Assembly (NCBI GenBank): GCA_016210585.1 | Contig: JACQTX010000187.1 | Span: 1-50,149, forward strand | Direction of reading: 5' to 3' | DNA from: Chloroflexota bacterium | GTDB lineage: Bacteria; Chloroflexota; Dehalococcoidia; Dehalococcoidales; JAFGLR01 | Length of the DNA: 50,149 bases | Part shown: piece after piece, positions 17,807-25,340 of the stretch | How the letters are laid out: the number at the start of each line of letters is the position of its first letter | How positions within the stretch are numbered: position 1 is the first letter of the stretch | The notes under the pieces: generated by a model | What the model saw: only the letters and a program-made list of their open reading frames with translations | Told to the model about the DNA's origin: nothing | Database searches by the model: none | Made by a program: the position numbers and the translations under genes

Positions 17807-18862
17807 CTAGCGGTCCAGGACAAGCATTCGGGACAAGACCTTATTCTCGTTGGGGTAGTTGGGGGCATCCCAGGGGAACCTCTCACCCCGCGTCCATCTT
17901 TCCCAGCGTCTCAGGTCTTCTTTCACCATTATTTCAACAAGCTTGTCAAACTTTGTCTTGGGACTCCAACCTAGCTTCTCCCTCGCCTTCGCGTAGTCGC
18001 CATGCAGATAGTTTACGTCAAGTGGGCGAAGGAATCTCTTGTCTGTCTTTACGTACCTTTCCCAGTCCAACCCTGCAGTGGCAAAAGATCGTTCCGCGAA
18101 CTCTCTAACCGTGTGCGACTCATCAGTGGCTATTACGTAGTCATCAGGTTCATCCTGCTGGAGCATAAGCCACATTGATTCGGCATACTCGGGGGCGTAG
18201 CCCCAGTCCCGCTTGGCGTCGATATTGCCCAGGTATAGCTCTTTTTCGAGGCCTAAGGCAATCTTGGCAACGGCGTTGGATATTTTCCTGGTGACAAACT
18301 CCAGCCCCCGCAACGGTGACTCGTGATTAAAGAGGATGCCGTTACACGCAAATATGCCGTAGCCCTCACGGTAGAGCTTGGTTATCCAGTAGCCATAGAG
18401 CTTGGCTGCGGCATAGGGGCTGGATGGCCGGAAGGGTGTAGTCTCGCTCAGCGAATGGGAGTTCCCGTTACCATATAGCTCGCTGGTGGACGCCTGATAG
18501 AACTTCATGCCTGGGTTGACATTTCTTATGGCTTCCAGAGTGCGAGTAACGCCCAGGCCGGTAATATCGCCGCTGGCAATCGGCTGCTCGAAAGACGCCC
18601 CGACGAAGCTCTGCGCCGCCAGGTGATAGAGCTCGTCCGGCTGTGCTATTTTGATGGCCTCTGTAATCGAGCCGGCATCAATCAGGTCAGCGGGTATTAA
18701 ATTTACTCTTTCAAAAATATCCAGATATTGAAGGCGCCAGAAATTAGGCGTTGAAAGCCGCCGGTAGATGCCGAATACCTCATAGCCTTTGTCCAGTAAG
18801 AACCTGGCCAGGTATGAGCCATCCTGTCCGGTAACTCCGGTAATTAGTGCGGTCTTGCCCAT
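17807..18862 (-). CDS. gmd: GDP-mannose 4,6-dehydratase
   Basis: ALITGVTGQDGSYLARFLLDKGYEVFGIYRR... is the characteristic Gmd N-terminus. 351 aa, extended SDR. Confidence 0.9.
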   Translation of the reverse strand: MGKTALITGVTGQDGSYLARFLLDKGYEVFGIYRRLSTPNFWRLQYLDIFERVNLIPADLIDAGSITEAIKIAQPDELYHLAAQSFVGASFEQPIASGDITGLGVTRTLEAIRNVNPGMKFYQASTSELYGNGNSHSLSETTPFRPSSPYAAAKLYGYWITKLYREGYGIFACNGILFNHESPLRGLEFVTRKISNAVAKIALGLEKELYLGNIDAKRDWGYAPEYAESMWLMLQQDEPDDYVIATDESHTVREFAERSFATAGLDWERYVKTDKRFLRPLDVNYLHGDYAKAREKLGWSPKTKFDKLVEIMVKEDLRRWERWTRGERFPWDAPNYPNENKVLSRMLVLDR

Positions 18863-18868
18863 TCGGCC

Positions 18869-19849
18869 TTACCCCATACCTATAGGGAGTGCCAAGCGAT
18901 TCTGGTACCAGTCCAGAGTCAACTTGAGACCACTCCGTAAGTCGGTTTTTGGTTGGTAGCCCAGCATTGCGCGCGCCCGGCTAGTGTCTGGTAGTCTTCG
19001 TTTCGGGTCGCCCACACGTGGCGACAGCAGCCTGTAGCTAAATGGCCTTCCAGCAAGCTCATGAAGAACTCTTGCCAATTCAATCATGGTGATCTCATGC
19101 TCGCTGCCGAGGTTAAGGACATCGTTATCAACCTTCATTGCGGCGAGTACCGTAAAGTCAATTAAGTCTGAAATATAGCAAAAGCTTCTCGTCTGTGTGC
19201 CAGGGGCAATAATAGTGAATTCTGGCTCGAGGAGCATCTTTCTGATGAACTCAGGGATGACCTGTCCATATTTGCTGCTATCCATGCGCGGTCCGTAGGT
19301 ATTGAAAAGGCGTAAAATGAGGTACTTGAAGCCAAATGCTTCGGCATACCATTTCGTATAGTATTCGCTGATGACTTTACCTGCAGCGTAGGTATAGCGG
19401 GGGTTACTCAAATTGCCCAGTAAAAAGGGGTGCTGTTCATTAGTGGGCAGGTAAAGTGGGTCGCTATATACCTCGGAACTTGACGCAAAAATGAACTTCT
19501 TTATGTTATGTCGCGCGGAGAGCTTCAGCAGGTTCATGGTACCCTCGGAATTGACTCTCACCACATCAAGGGGCTTGTCATAGAAATGCTCAGTGCCGTT
19601 GATAGCCGCGTAGTGATAAACAACCTCAACACCATTCCTGAAGATCTGTTCAAGTCTGGGAATATCTTCCAGTATATCCAACTTCTCAAACGTGAAAGTA
19701 TCGCCAAGGTGCGCGACGTTTTCCAGCTTGCCCCTGAAGAGGTTGTCCACACCGACTACGGTATGCCCATCTGCCACCAGCCTTTCAGCCAGAAAAGAGC
19801 CAATGAATCCCGCCGCCCCGGTAATCAAAATCTCAGTCAATGCCGACAC
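18869..19849 (-). CDS. NAD-dependent epimerase/dehydratase (extended SDR; UDP-sugar 4-epimerase / UDP-glucuronate decarboxylase-like)
   Basis: Rossmann motif ILITGAAGFIGS and catalytic YAAGK (YxxxK). GTG start at 19849 (alternative TTG 19840). Confidence 0.75.
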   Translation of the reverse strand: MSALTEILITGAAGFIGSFLAERLVADGHTVVGVDNLFRGKLENVAHLGDTFTFEKLDILEDIPRLEQIFRNGVEVVYHYAAINGTEHFYDKPLDVVRVNSEGTMNLLKLSARHNIKKFIFASSSEVYSDPLYLPTNEQHPFLLGNLSNPRYTYAAGKVISEYYTKWYAEAFGFKYLILRLFNTYGPRMDSSKYGQVIPEFIRKMLLEPEFTIIAPGTQTRSFCYISDLIDFTVLAAMKVDNDVLNLGSEHEITMIELARVLHELAGRPFSYRLLSPRVGDPKRRLPDTSRARAMLGYQPKTDLRSGLKLTLDWYQNRLALPIGMG

Positions 19850-21134
19850 CTCTATATCTCAGCCCTGCTTCTTCCACCTCTTCTTTATTGAAGAGCCCCC
19901 AACCATCAAAAAGCAAGCCGCCGGGTTTCACTTTTTGGGCAAACTGGGTTACGTCTAGACTACGGAAAGACTTGTGGTTGGTCATGAAGATGGCAATGTC
20001 AACCGGATTGGCCATGCTGCCGTTCAAGTCTGCAGCATAACTAACGCCAAGATTCCTGATTTTCCATTCCTCGACACAGGGGTCGTAGCCTACTATCAAC
20101 GTGTTCTCTTGCTTCAATAGCCGGACCAGGTCAACAGTAGGGCTTTCCCTCATGTCGTTTGTCTCCGGGTCACCTTTGAAGGCGAAGCCGGCAACAAACA
20201 CCCGTTTATTATCCAGCTTCTCTTCGGCCTTTAGCCTCTCAACTATCCGCCGGGGTATGCGTTCGTTTATTTCCCTGGCCTTGGCGATGAGCTCCAGTTC
20301 CGCAGAAACAGCGCGCGCTGAGCTCATGAGAATATAGGGGTCCTTGGTCAGACAGGCGCCGCCAACACCGGGACTGGGCAGCGGAATGCTGTTTCTGGGG
20401 TACCCATTATTGGCAGCCCTGATAATCTCGAAGGCATTCAGTCCAGCTTTTTCGAAATAGCTGGCGATTTCGTTAGCGTAGGCAAACCTCACATCGCGGT
20501 ACGAATTATCCAGTAGTTTTATAGCCTCTGCTGCCTCAAGTGAGGAAACGGGCACAATGACCGGCGCCGTTTTCTCAAAAAGGGCTCTCGCCCGATGCAA
20601 ACTCTCTTCGTTGATACCACCGACTATCTGGGGTAATGTCCGTAGTTCCAGAAGAGCATTCCCCTCGATGGTCCTTTCCGGAGCAAAGGCAAGGTAGAAA
20701 TCCTCACCTGCTTTCAGTGTGCTTCTCTCAAGGATAGGCTTGACCAGACCATGGGTGGCACCGATTGGCAATGTCGAGCGCATGACCACAAGGTTTCCTG
20801 ACCGCAGGTGTGCCTGTATTTCTTCGGCAGCGTTTTCCACGGCTTTGGAATTCACTTTTTGGGTGTTCTTGTCATAGGGAGTGCTGACGCAGATAACAAA
20901 AACATCAATGTTGCTAGAGTAAGTCTCCTGAGGAGTCCCCACGAAAAGATTCTTGTCCAGATGTTTTCTTATCAGGGGTTCGATATCCGGCTCTCGAATA
21001 TGGGATGTCCCCTTACGGAGGTATTCCAATGTTTTGCTGTCGGTATCTGTGCCATAGACAGTAAAACCTACCTCCGCCAAAGTTACAGCTAGCGTCTGAC
21101 CGACATAACCAAGCCCGGTTATGTTTACTCTCAT
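19833..21134 (-). CDS. Nucleotide-sugar dehydrogenase (UDP-glucose/GDP-mannose dehydrogenase family)
   Basis: N-terminal GLGYVG Rossmann motif and catalytic-Cys segment GVGGACLTKDP. The start was trimmed to MRVNITGLGYVG (ATG 21134), which forms an ATGA overlap with the upstream stop. Confidence 0.8.
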   Translation of the reverse strand: MRVNITGLGYVGQTLAVTLAEVGFTVYGTDTDSKTLEYLRKGTSHIREPDIEPLIRKHLDKNLFVGTPQETYSSNIDVFVICVSTPYDKNTQKVNSKAVENAAEEIQAHLRSGNLVVMRSTLPIGATHGLVKPILERSTLKAGEDFYLAFAPERTIEGNALLELRTLPQIVGGINEESLHRARALFEKTAPVIVPVSSLEAAEAIKLLDNSYRDVRFAYANEIASYFEKAGLNAFEIIRAANNGYPRNSIPLPSPGVGGACLTKDPYILMSSARAVSAELELIAKAREINERIPRRIVERLKAEEKLDNKRVFVAGFAFKGDPETNDMRESPTVDLVRLLKQENTLIVGYDPCVEEWKIRNLGVSYAADLNGSMANPVDIAIFMTNHKSFRSLDVTQFAQKVKPGGLLFDGWGLFNKEEVEEAGLRYRGVGID

Positions 21135-22048
21135 TGGTTTCCTACCTTCGCCGTTGATTGAGGCAATCCTTTGGATGATGGTATTTCCCGCCATACTTTA
21201 AGATGTGAGACTTTTCGTTTGTAGTCCAGCCAGCCCAATATGTAGCTATAGCCCCAGAGGACGAGCATGGTTGACAGCCAGAGCAGCTTCTTGGGATTCG
21301 GCTCGATGCTACGCAGGGCGGTTGGTATTACCTTTCTCAGACTAATGTGTGGTGCTGGAATATCCTCCCGCCTCTGCTGAAGGTGCATATAGATGTTCCG
21401 CCTCTTTTGTTTTAGGAAGTCATTTAGGTTGTCCGGTTCTTTCATATAGGTGATTGCCTGTGGGGCGTGGACAACCTGATAACCCTTGCTCCTTATCATC
21501 ACATCAGCAATTCGCTCAGTATAGACCGCATGAAGTGGCATTGGCCCAAGCAATGTCTTTCTCATGGCGGTGTGTCCTTCGAAATCAACCATAAGATACT
21601 CTGGCTGATAGTTCCACTCGTAGGACTTGTGGGCTATGTAGCCCCATAATGTTTTGGAATTGTTCAGCGGCACGGCCTTGCCCACCACGGCTCCGACAGA
21701 TTGGTCTCGGCGCAGCGGTTCAACCAGGCGAGCGATAGTATGCTCCTCTAACTGCGTGTCCGAGCAACCAGTAATCAGGATTTCGCCACGGGCATTCTCA
21801 AGAATGATGTTTTGTGCCGAAGCCAAGCCTCGTCGCATCTCTTCAACGAACAGTCTAATAACCGGATTCCTTTGCTGGTACTCCTTCACTATGTCTACGG
21901 TACTATCCCGGCAGCCGCTGGCAACAATGATTATTTCTTCAAGCTGTACATCATCCGGAAGCTTCTGCGCCAGCAGGCTATCCAACAGGTTGGCGATGTT
22001 CTGCTCCTCGTTATAGGCAGGATAGCCAATGCTTACTGTGAGAGTCAC
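21131..22048 (-). CDS. Family 2 glycosyltransferase
   Basis: The VSIGYPAYNEEQNIANLLDSLLAQ N-terminus is GT2-type. GTG start at 22048 in a GTGA overlap. Confidence 0.7.
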   Translation of the reverse strand: MTLTVSIGYPAYNEEQNIANLLDSLLAQKLPDDVQLEEIIIVASGCRDSTVDIVKEYQQRNPVIRLFVEEMRRGLASAQNIILENARGEILITGCSDTQLEEHTIARLVEPLRRDQSVGAVVGKAVPLNNSKTLWGYIAHKSYEWNYQPEYLMVDFEGHTAMRKTLLGPMPLHAVYTERIADVMIRSKGYQVVHAPQAITYMKEPDNLNDFLKQKRRNIYMHLQQRREDIPAPHISLRKVIPTALRSIEPNPKKLLWLSTMLVLWGYSYILGWLDYKRKVSHLKVWREIPSSKGLPQSTAKVGNQ

Positions 22049-22821
22049 AGTTCACCTCGTAATGTCTGCCACCTCAGCTGCGGCACCGTTGTCCCGTAGG
22101 AAACACCATATTTCAGAAGCTTGAAGATATTAGTTGAGGTCTTGGACTCATGCTTATGGTTGTAAACGCACCGGTAAGGTATTTCCTTCACTTTGAACCC
22201 CTTTTGCAGGGCATCAAACATGAGACCGACAAAATACTCGCCGTAGCCCTGCCCCAATGGTCGGACGGTCACCTTCTCGAAAACTTCCCGCCTGACCATG
22301 GCATAGCCACTTGTCCAATCATGAACGGCAAAGCCCAGCCACAGGTTGGCGTAGATATTGAAGGCGCGGCTGGTAATGCTTCGAATGAACGGATATTCCT
22401 GGCTACCGCCTTTCATATAGCGGGAGGCCACAACAACGTCCACGTGGTCCATGGCTTCCAGCATCCGGGGCAGCAAGAAAGGCGGGTGAGAGAAATCACA
22501 GTCCATCCAGGTAATATAATCACCGGTAGCTAGGGTAACCCCCTTGGCCAGGGCCGAGGCGAGACCTCTCTCCCGCCGGACATGAAGCTTCAGGTTGGGC
22601 AAATCACGCTCCAGGTTGGCCACAATTCTCCCGGTGCCGTCCGGTGAGCTGTCATCCACTACCACGATTTCCGGTGCTGGCTCCACACTCTGCGAGATAG
22701 CCTGGATCAAGGCCCCGATGTTCTCTTTTTCGTTGAACGTCGGCAGGACGACAGATATCTGGGGCTTAGTTAAGCCCCACATCCCCCCAAAAGATGACTC
22801 TGCCCTATTAATGACCTTCAT
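22045..22821 (-). CDS. Polyprenol-phosphate sugar synthase-like GT2 (Dpm1/GtrB/CsbB-like)
   Basis: ISVVLPTFNEKENIGALIQAI...IVVVDDSSPDGTGRIV matches dolichyl/polyprenyl-phosphate mannose or glucose synthases. First gene of the operon. Confidence 0.7.
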   Translation of the reverse strand: MKVINRAESSFGGMWGLTKPQISVVLPTFNEKENIGALIQAISQSVEPAPEIVVVDDSSPDGTGRIVANLERDLPNLKLHVRRERGLASALAKGVTLATGDYITWMDCDFSHPPFLLPRMLEAMDHVDVVVASRYMKGGSQEYPFIRSITSRAFNIYANLWLGFAVHDWTSGYAMVRREVFEKVTVRPLGQGYGEYFVGLMFDALQKGFKVKEIPYRCVYNHKHESKTSTNIFKLLKYGVSYGTTVPQLRWQTLRGEL

Positions 22822-22825
22822 GTTG

Positions 22826-22833
22826 CCCCCCCC
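22826..22833 (-). repeat. G8 homopolymer (C8 on + strand) 4 nt upstream of the operon's first start codon
   Basis: The minus strand reads ...aaagcGGGGGGGGcaacATG. C run counted at 22826-22833; ATG at 22821-22819. Confidence 0.9.
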
Positions 22834-22994
22834 GCTTTGTTATTCCGGTAATGGAAAGTACCAACTCAGCCCGGAATCTGCTGCTCACCCGGACAAACAA
22901 CAAGAAGAACAAGGCCCCCCTCAATTCCGGGAACTTCCTCGGCTGAATTCCCCTTACCCCCTATGCCAATGCCTTTACAATTCTAGACTGGGAT

Positions 22995-23023
22995 ACTATA
23001 GCATACAAATAGGTCTGATGCAA
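22995..23023 (-). promoter_or_regulatory. Candidate sigma70-type promoter of the glycan operon
   Basis: The minus strand reads TTGCAT (23023-23018), a 17-nt spacer, then TATAGT (23000-22995). This lies about 170 nt upstream of the ATG at 22821. Confidence 0.4.
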
Positions 23024-23059
23024 CTGGTCTTCTGAGATTTTTGTAGTTTTCAATAATAG

Positions 23060-23284
23060 TTGTCTAAAATGATTGAAAAGAATGTTTTGGGGCTTGTCAG
23101 GAATTTCTCATATCAAATTAAGGTCGTCCAAGAAAGGCTGGGACATAGTACAATAGCAGTGACCCTGGATATCTACAGCCATGTCGCGCCAGATTTGCAA
23201 GAGGCTGCCGCAAGGCGCTTTGCTGATATTCCTGGGGTCAGCTATAATGAATCTGAACACAAAGCTGCGGCAAGGATCCGTTAG
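23060..23284 (+). pseudogene. C-terminal remnant of a tyrosine recombinase/phage-type integrase
   Basis: IKVVQERLGHSTIAVTLDIYSHV is the conserved LGH...Y catalytic tail of tyrosine recombinases. Only about 50 homologous residues remain (from about 23115) and no N-terminal part is present upstream in any frame. Confidence 0.7.
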
Positions 23285-23361
23285 CTATCGGTTAGCTGTT
23301 TGTGGTTATGTTAATCCCAAAAGAATCATGGAATGCCTGTTTCAGCTTCAAAAACGAGCCA

Positions 23362-23451
23362 GGAGGGGTGTCCGAGTGGCCTATGGAGACGGTCTTGAAA
23401 ACCGTTGTCCCCGCAAGGGGACCGTGGGTTCGAATCCCACCCCCTCCGCCA
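23362..23451 (+). tRNA. tRNA-Ser (anticodon TGA), long variable arm, CCA encoded
   Basis: Acceptor GGAGGGG/CCCCTCC. Anticodon stem ACGGT/ACCGT with loop CTTGAAA (TGA at 23396-23398). Variable arm TGTCCCCGCAAGGGGACC. T arm GTGGG-TTCGAAT-CCCAC. Discriminator G, CCA ends at 23451. Confidence 0.9.
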
Positions 23452-23530
23452 TACCATCGCAAGGATTTACGATTTGTGATTTAAGGATACACAACATTAT
23501 GAATCGTAAACCATACGGAAGGATAGCGTA

Positions 23531-23773
23531 ATGCCTGAGCTGCCGAAACTAAGGGTGAGATGGTGCTTTGCCTTCAGCAAGGAGGAGGCCGTCTATGACC
23601 TGGCGCAGGCTGAGTCCTCCCTACCCTTTGACCCGAACATGGCGACCTCCGTTGTGGTCGAAGGCCAGTGGGTCGGCTCCTATGCGAAGCTTATCGAGAT
23701 GGTTGCCCAGGAACCATACAAGGGCAAGGAGTTCCTCGATGTGATGCTGGTGCCTTATATTTCTGGGGGGTAA
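23531..23773 (+). CDS. Hypothetical small protein (80 aa)
   Basis: Good SD (GGAAGGA, 7-nt spacer). Co-directional with the amidohydrolase gene and 25 nt upstream of it. No recognisable motif. Confidence 0.5.
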   Translation: MPELPKLRVRWCFAFSKEEAVYDLAQAESSLPFDPNMATSVVVEGQWVGSYAKLIEMVAQEPYKGKEFLDVMLVPYISGG

Positions 23774-23798
23774 GCAAACCCCCAAGGAGTCTTCTGGC

Positions 23799-25028
23799 AT
23801 GAGTGCAGTCGGGAATAGCGGCAAACAGACCACCACTCTGGTGCACAATATTGGGACGCTTGTGAGTGGGGACATTGAAAACCCTGTATTAGACGCCGGT
23901 GCTGTGCTTGTCCGGGAAGGGCTGATTACAGAGGTCGGCCCTTATGAGAAGCTTAAAGACCGGGAGATTGACCAGCGTGTTGACATCCAGGGCATGACCC
24001 TCTGTCCCGGTCTCATTGACACTCATACTCATATCCTCATCGGCGACTGGGCGCCCCGGATAAAGGTGCTGGGCTGGATGGAGAGCATGCTGCACGGGGG
24101 CGTAACTACCCTGATTTCGCAGGGGGAGACGCTTTTCCCGGGCCGGCCGCAGGATGCCGCAGGGGTGAAAGCCCTGGCCATCCTGGCCTGCAAGACCTAT
24201 GCCACCTACCGCCCCGGCGGCATCAAGGTGCACGCCGGTGCCTTGCTGCTGGAGGAAGGGCTTACCGAGGCCGATATCGAAGAAATGGCTCGCGCAGGCG
24301 TCTGGCTACTCGCCGAAATCGGGCTGGGCGGTCTCAAGGATTTCCCCAAGATACTCGCCCTGGCACGGGCCGCCAGGAAACACGGGTTCAAAATCCCTGT
24401 CCACTTTGGACCTGAAGCCATACCGGGCACTTTGAGACTACCGGCAGAGGATATCGTCAAACTGGACCCGGACGTTATTGTGCATCTTAATGGCGGTCCT
24501 ACCGCTAACCCCTTCTCCGAGATGAAAAAAGTGATCGAGGACTGCCCTGCCTATCTCGAGTTCGTCTATACCGGCAACCCCAGGGCAGTGGGTGAAGCCC
24601 TCAAGCTAATACGGGAACGGGGTGAGCTGCGGCGCGTCATCCTCGGCACGGATACCCCTACCGGGCAGGGCATTATGCCCTGGGGCATCCTCAAGCTCGC
24701 CGTGCAGATTGCTTCCCTGAATGGCGTCCCGCCGGCTGCCGCCCTGGCCTTCGCCACCGGCAACGCGGCACGCGCCTACAGCCTGAATACCGGCCTGATA
24801 AGACCAGGCAAAGAAGCCGACCTTATTGTTATTGACGCCCCGCCCGGCTCGCAGGGCAAAACGGCTCTGGAAGCCATGTCAATAGGCGATACACCCGCCC
24901 TGGGCATGATAATGGTGGATGGCAAGGTCATAGCCAGGACTTCTAAACGGATGCTGCCCACCACCCGGAAGGTGCTCATTAACGGCGAGCCGGAGCCAAA
25001 GCGGCCCCTCGATGAAATCCTATTCTAG
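23799..25028 (+). CDS. Metal-dependent amidohydrolase superfamily protein (enamidase/dihydroorotase-like)
   Basis: PGLIDTHTHI carries the HxH metal motif after an N-terminal beta-sandwich segment. The C-terminal ADLIVID...MVDGKVI is typical of the family. SD AAGGAG lies 9 nt upstream. Confidence 0.75.
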   Translation: MSAVGNSGKQTTTLVHNIGTLVSGDIENPVLDAGAVLVREGLITEVGPYEKLKDREIDQRVDIQGMTLCPGLIDTHTHILIGDWAPRIKVLGWMESMLHGGVTTLISQGETLFPGRPQDAAGVKALAILACKTYATYRPGGIKVHAGALLLEEGLTEADIEEMARAGVWLLAEIGLGGLKDFPKILALARAARKHGFKIPVHFGPEAIPGTLRLPAEDIVKLDPDVIVHLNGGPTANPFSEMKKVIEDCPAYLEFVYTGNPRAVGEALKLIRERGELRRVILGTDTPTGQGIMPWGILKLAVQIASLNGVPPAAALAFATGNAARAYSLNTGLIRPGKEADLIVIDAPPGSQGKTALEAMSIGDTPALGMIMVDGKVIARTSKRMLPTTRKVLINGEPEPKRPLDEILF

Positions 25029-25340
25029 TGTCATGCCTGATAGACAAGACGCTAGTGTCTCGTAACGCCTATAACTTGACGGATAAGTCGCCCACGTAGC
25101 TTCTAGTCTAGGTGATTATCTGTAAAGATATAACGGTTACAAGATGCTAGGGTTTCTCTCCTCTTCCCCGGAAATGAAAGGGATTTACTCGTTTCGTGGG
25201 TGCCCCTCGTCACGCAGGTTTGACTGAAACCGCAGGGATAGATTACACTATCTTTGGCCTGGGGCTGACCGGGGAAGGGCGCAGGGAGTAGAGAGGGAAC
25301 GAAAGCAGGCCTTCGGCGTGGAGGGCCTGGATAGGAAAAG

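Noticed and set aside
22595-23035. 146-aa plus-strand ORF across the 5' end of the glycan operon
   Set aside because: It is antisense to the first operon gene and runs through the promoter region. It shows no motif and no integrase similarity, so it does not extend the integrase remnant.
112-23361. Direct repeats of the tRNA-Asn or tRNA-Ser 3' ends that would define attL/attR of an island
   Set aside because: None was found by eye in the spacers at 112-384 or 22822-23361. The island idea is kept only as a hypothesis in the findings.
23181-23531. ORFs of 116 aa and 60 aa overlapping tRNA-Ser
   Set aside because: They read through a well-folded tRNA gene and are artefacts of ORF calling.
25029-25340. 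Cobalamin riboswitch upstream of meaB
   Set aside because: No B12-box-like GCCACTG core and no GGGAA...GGTG conserved segments were found by eye.
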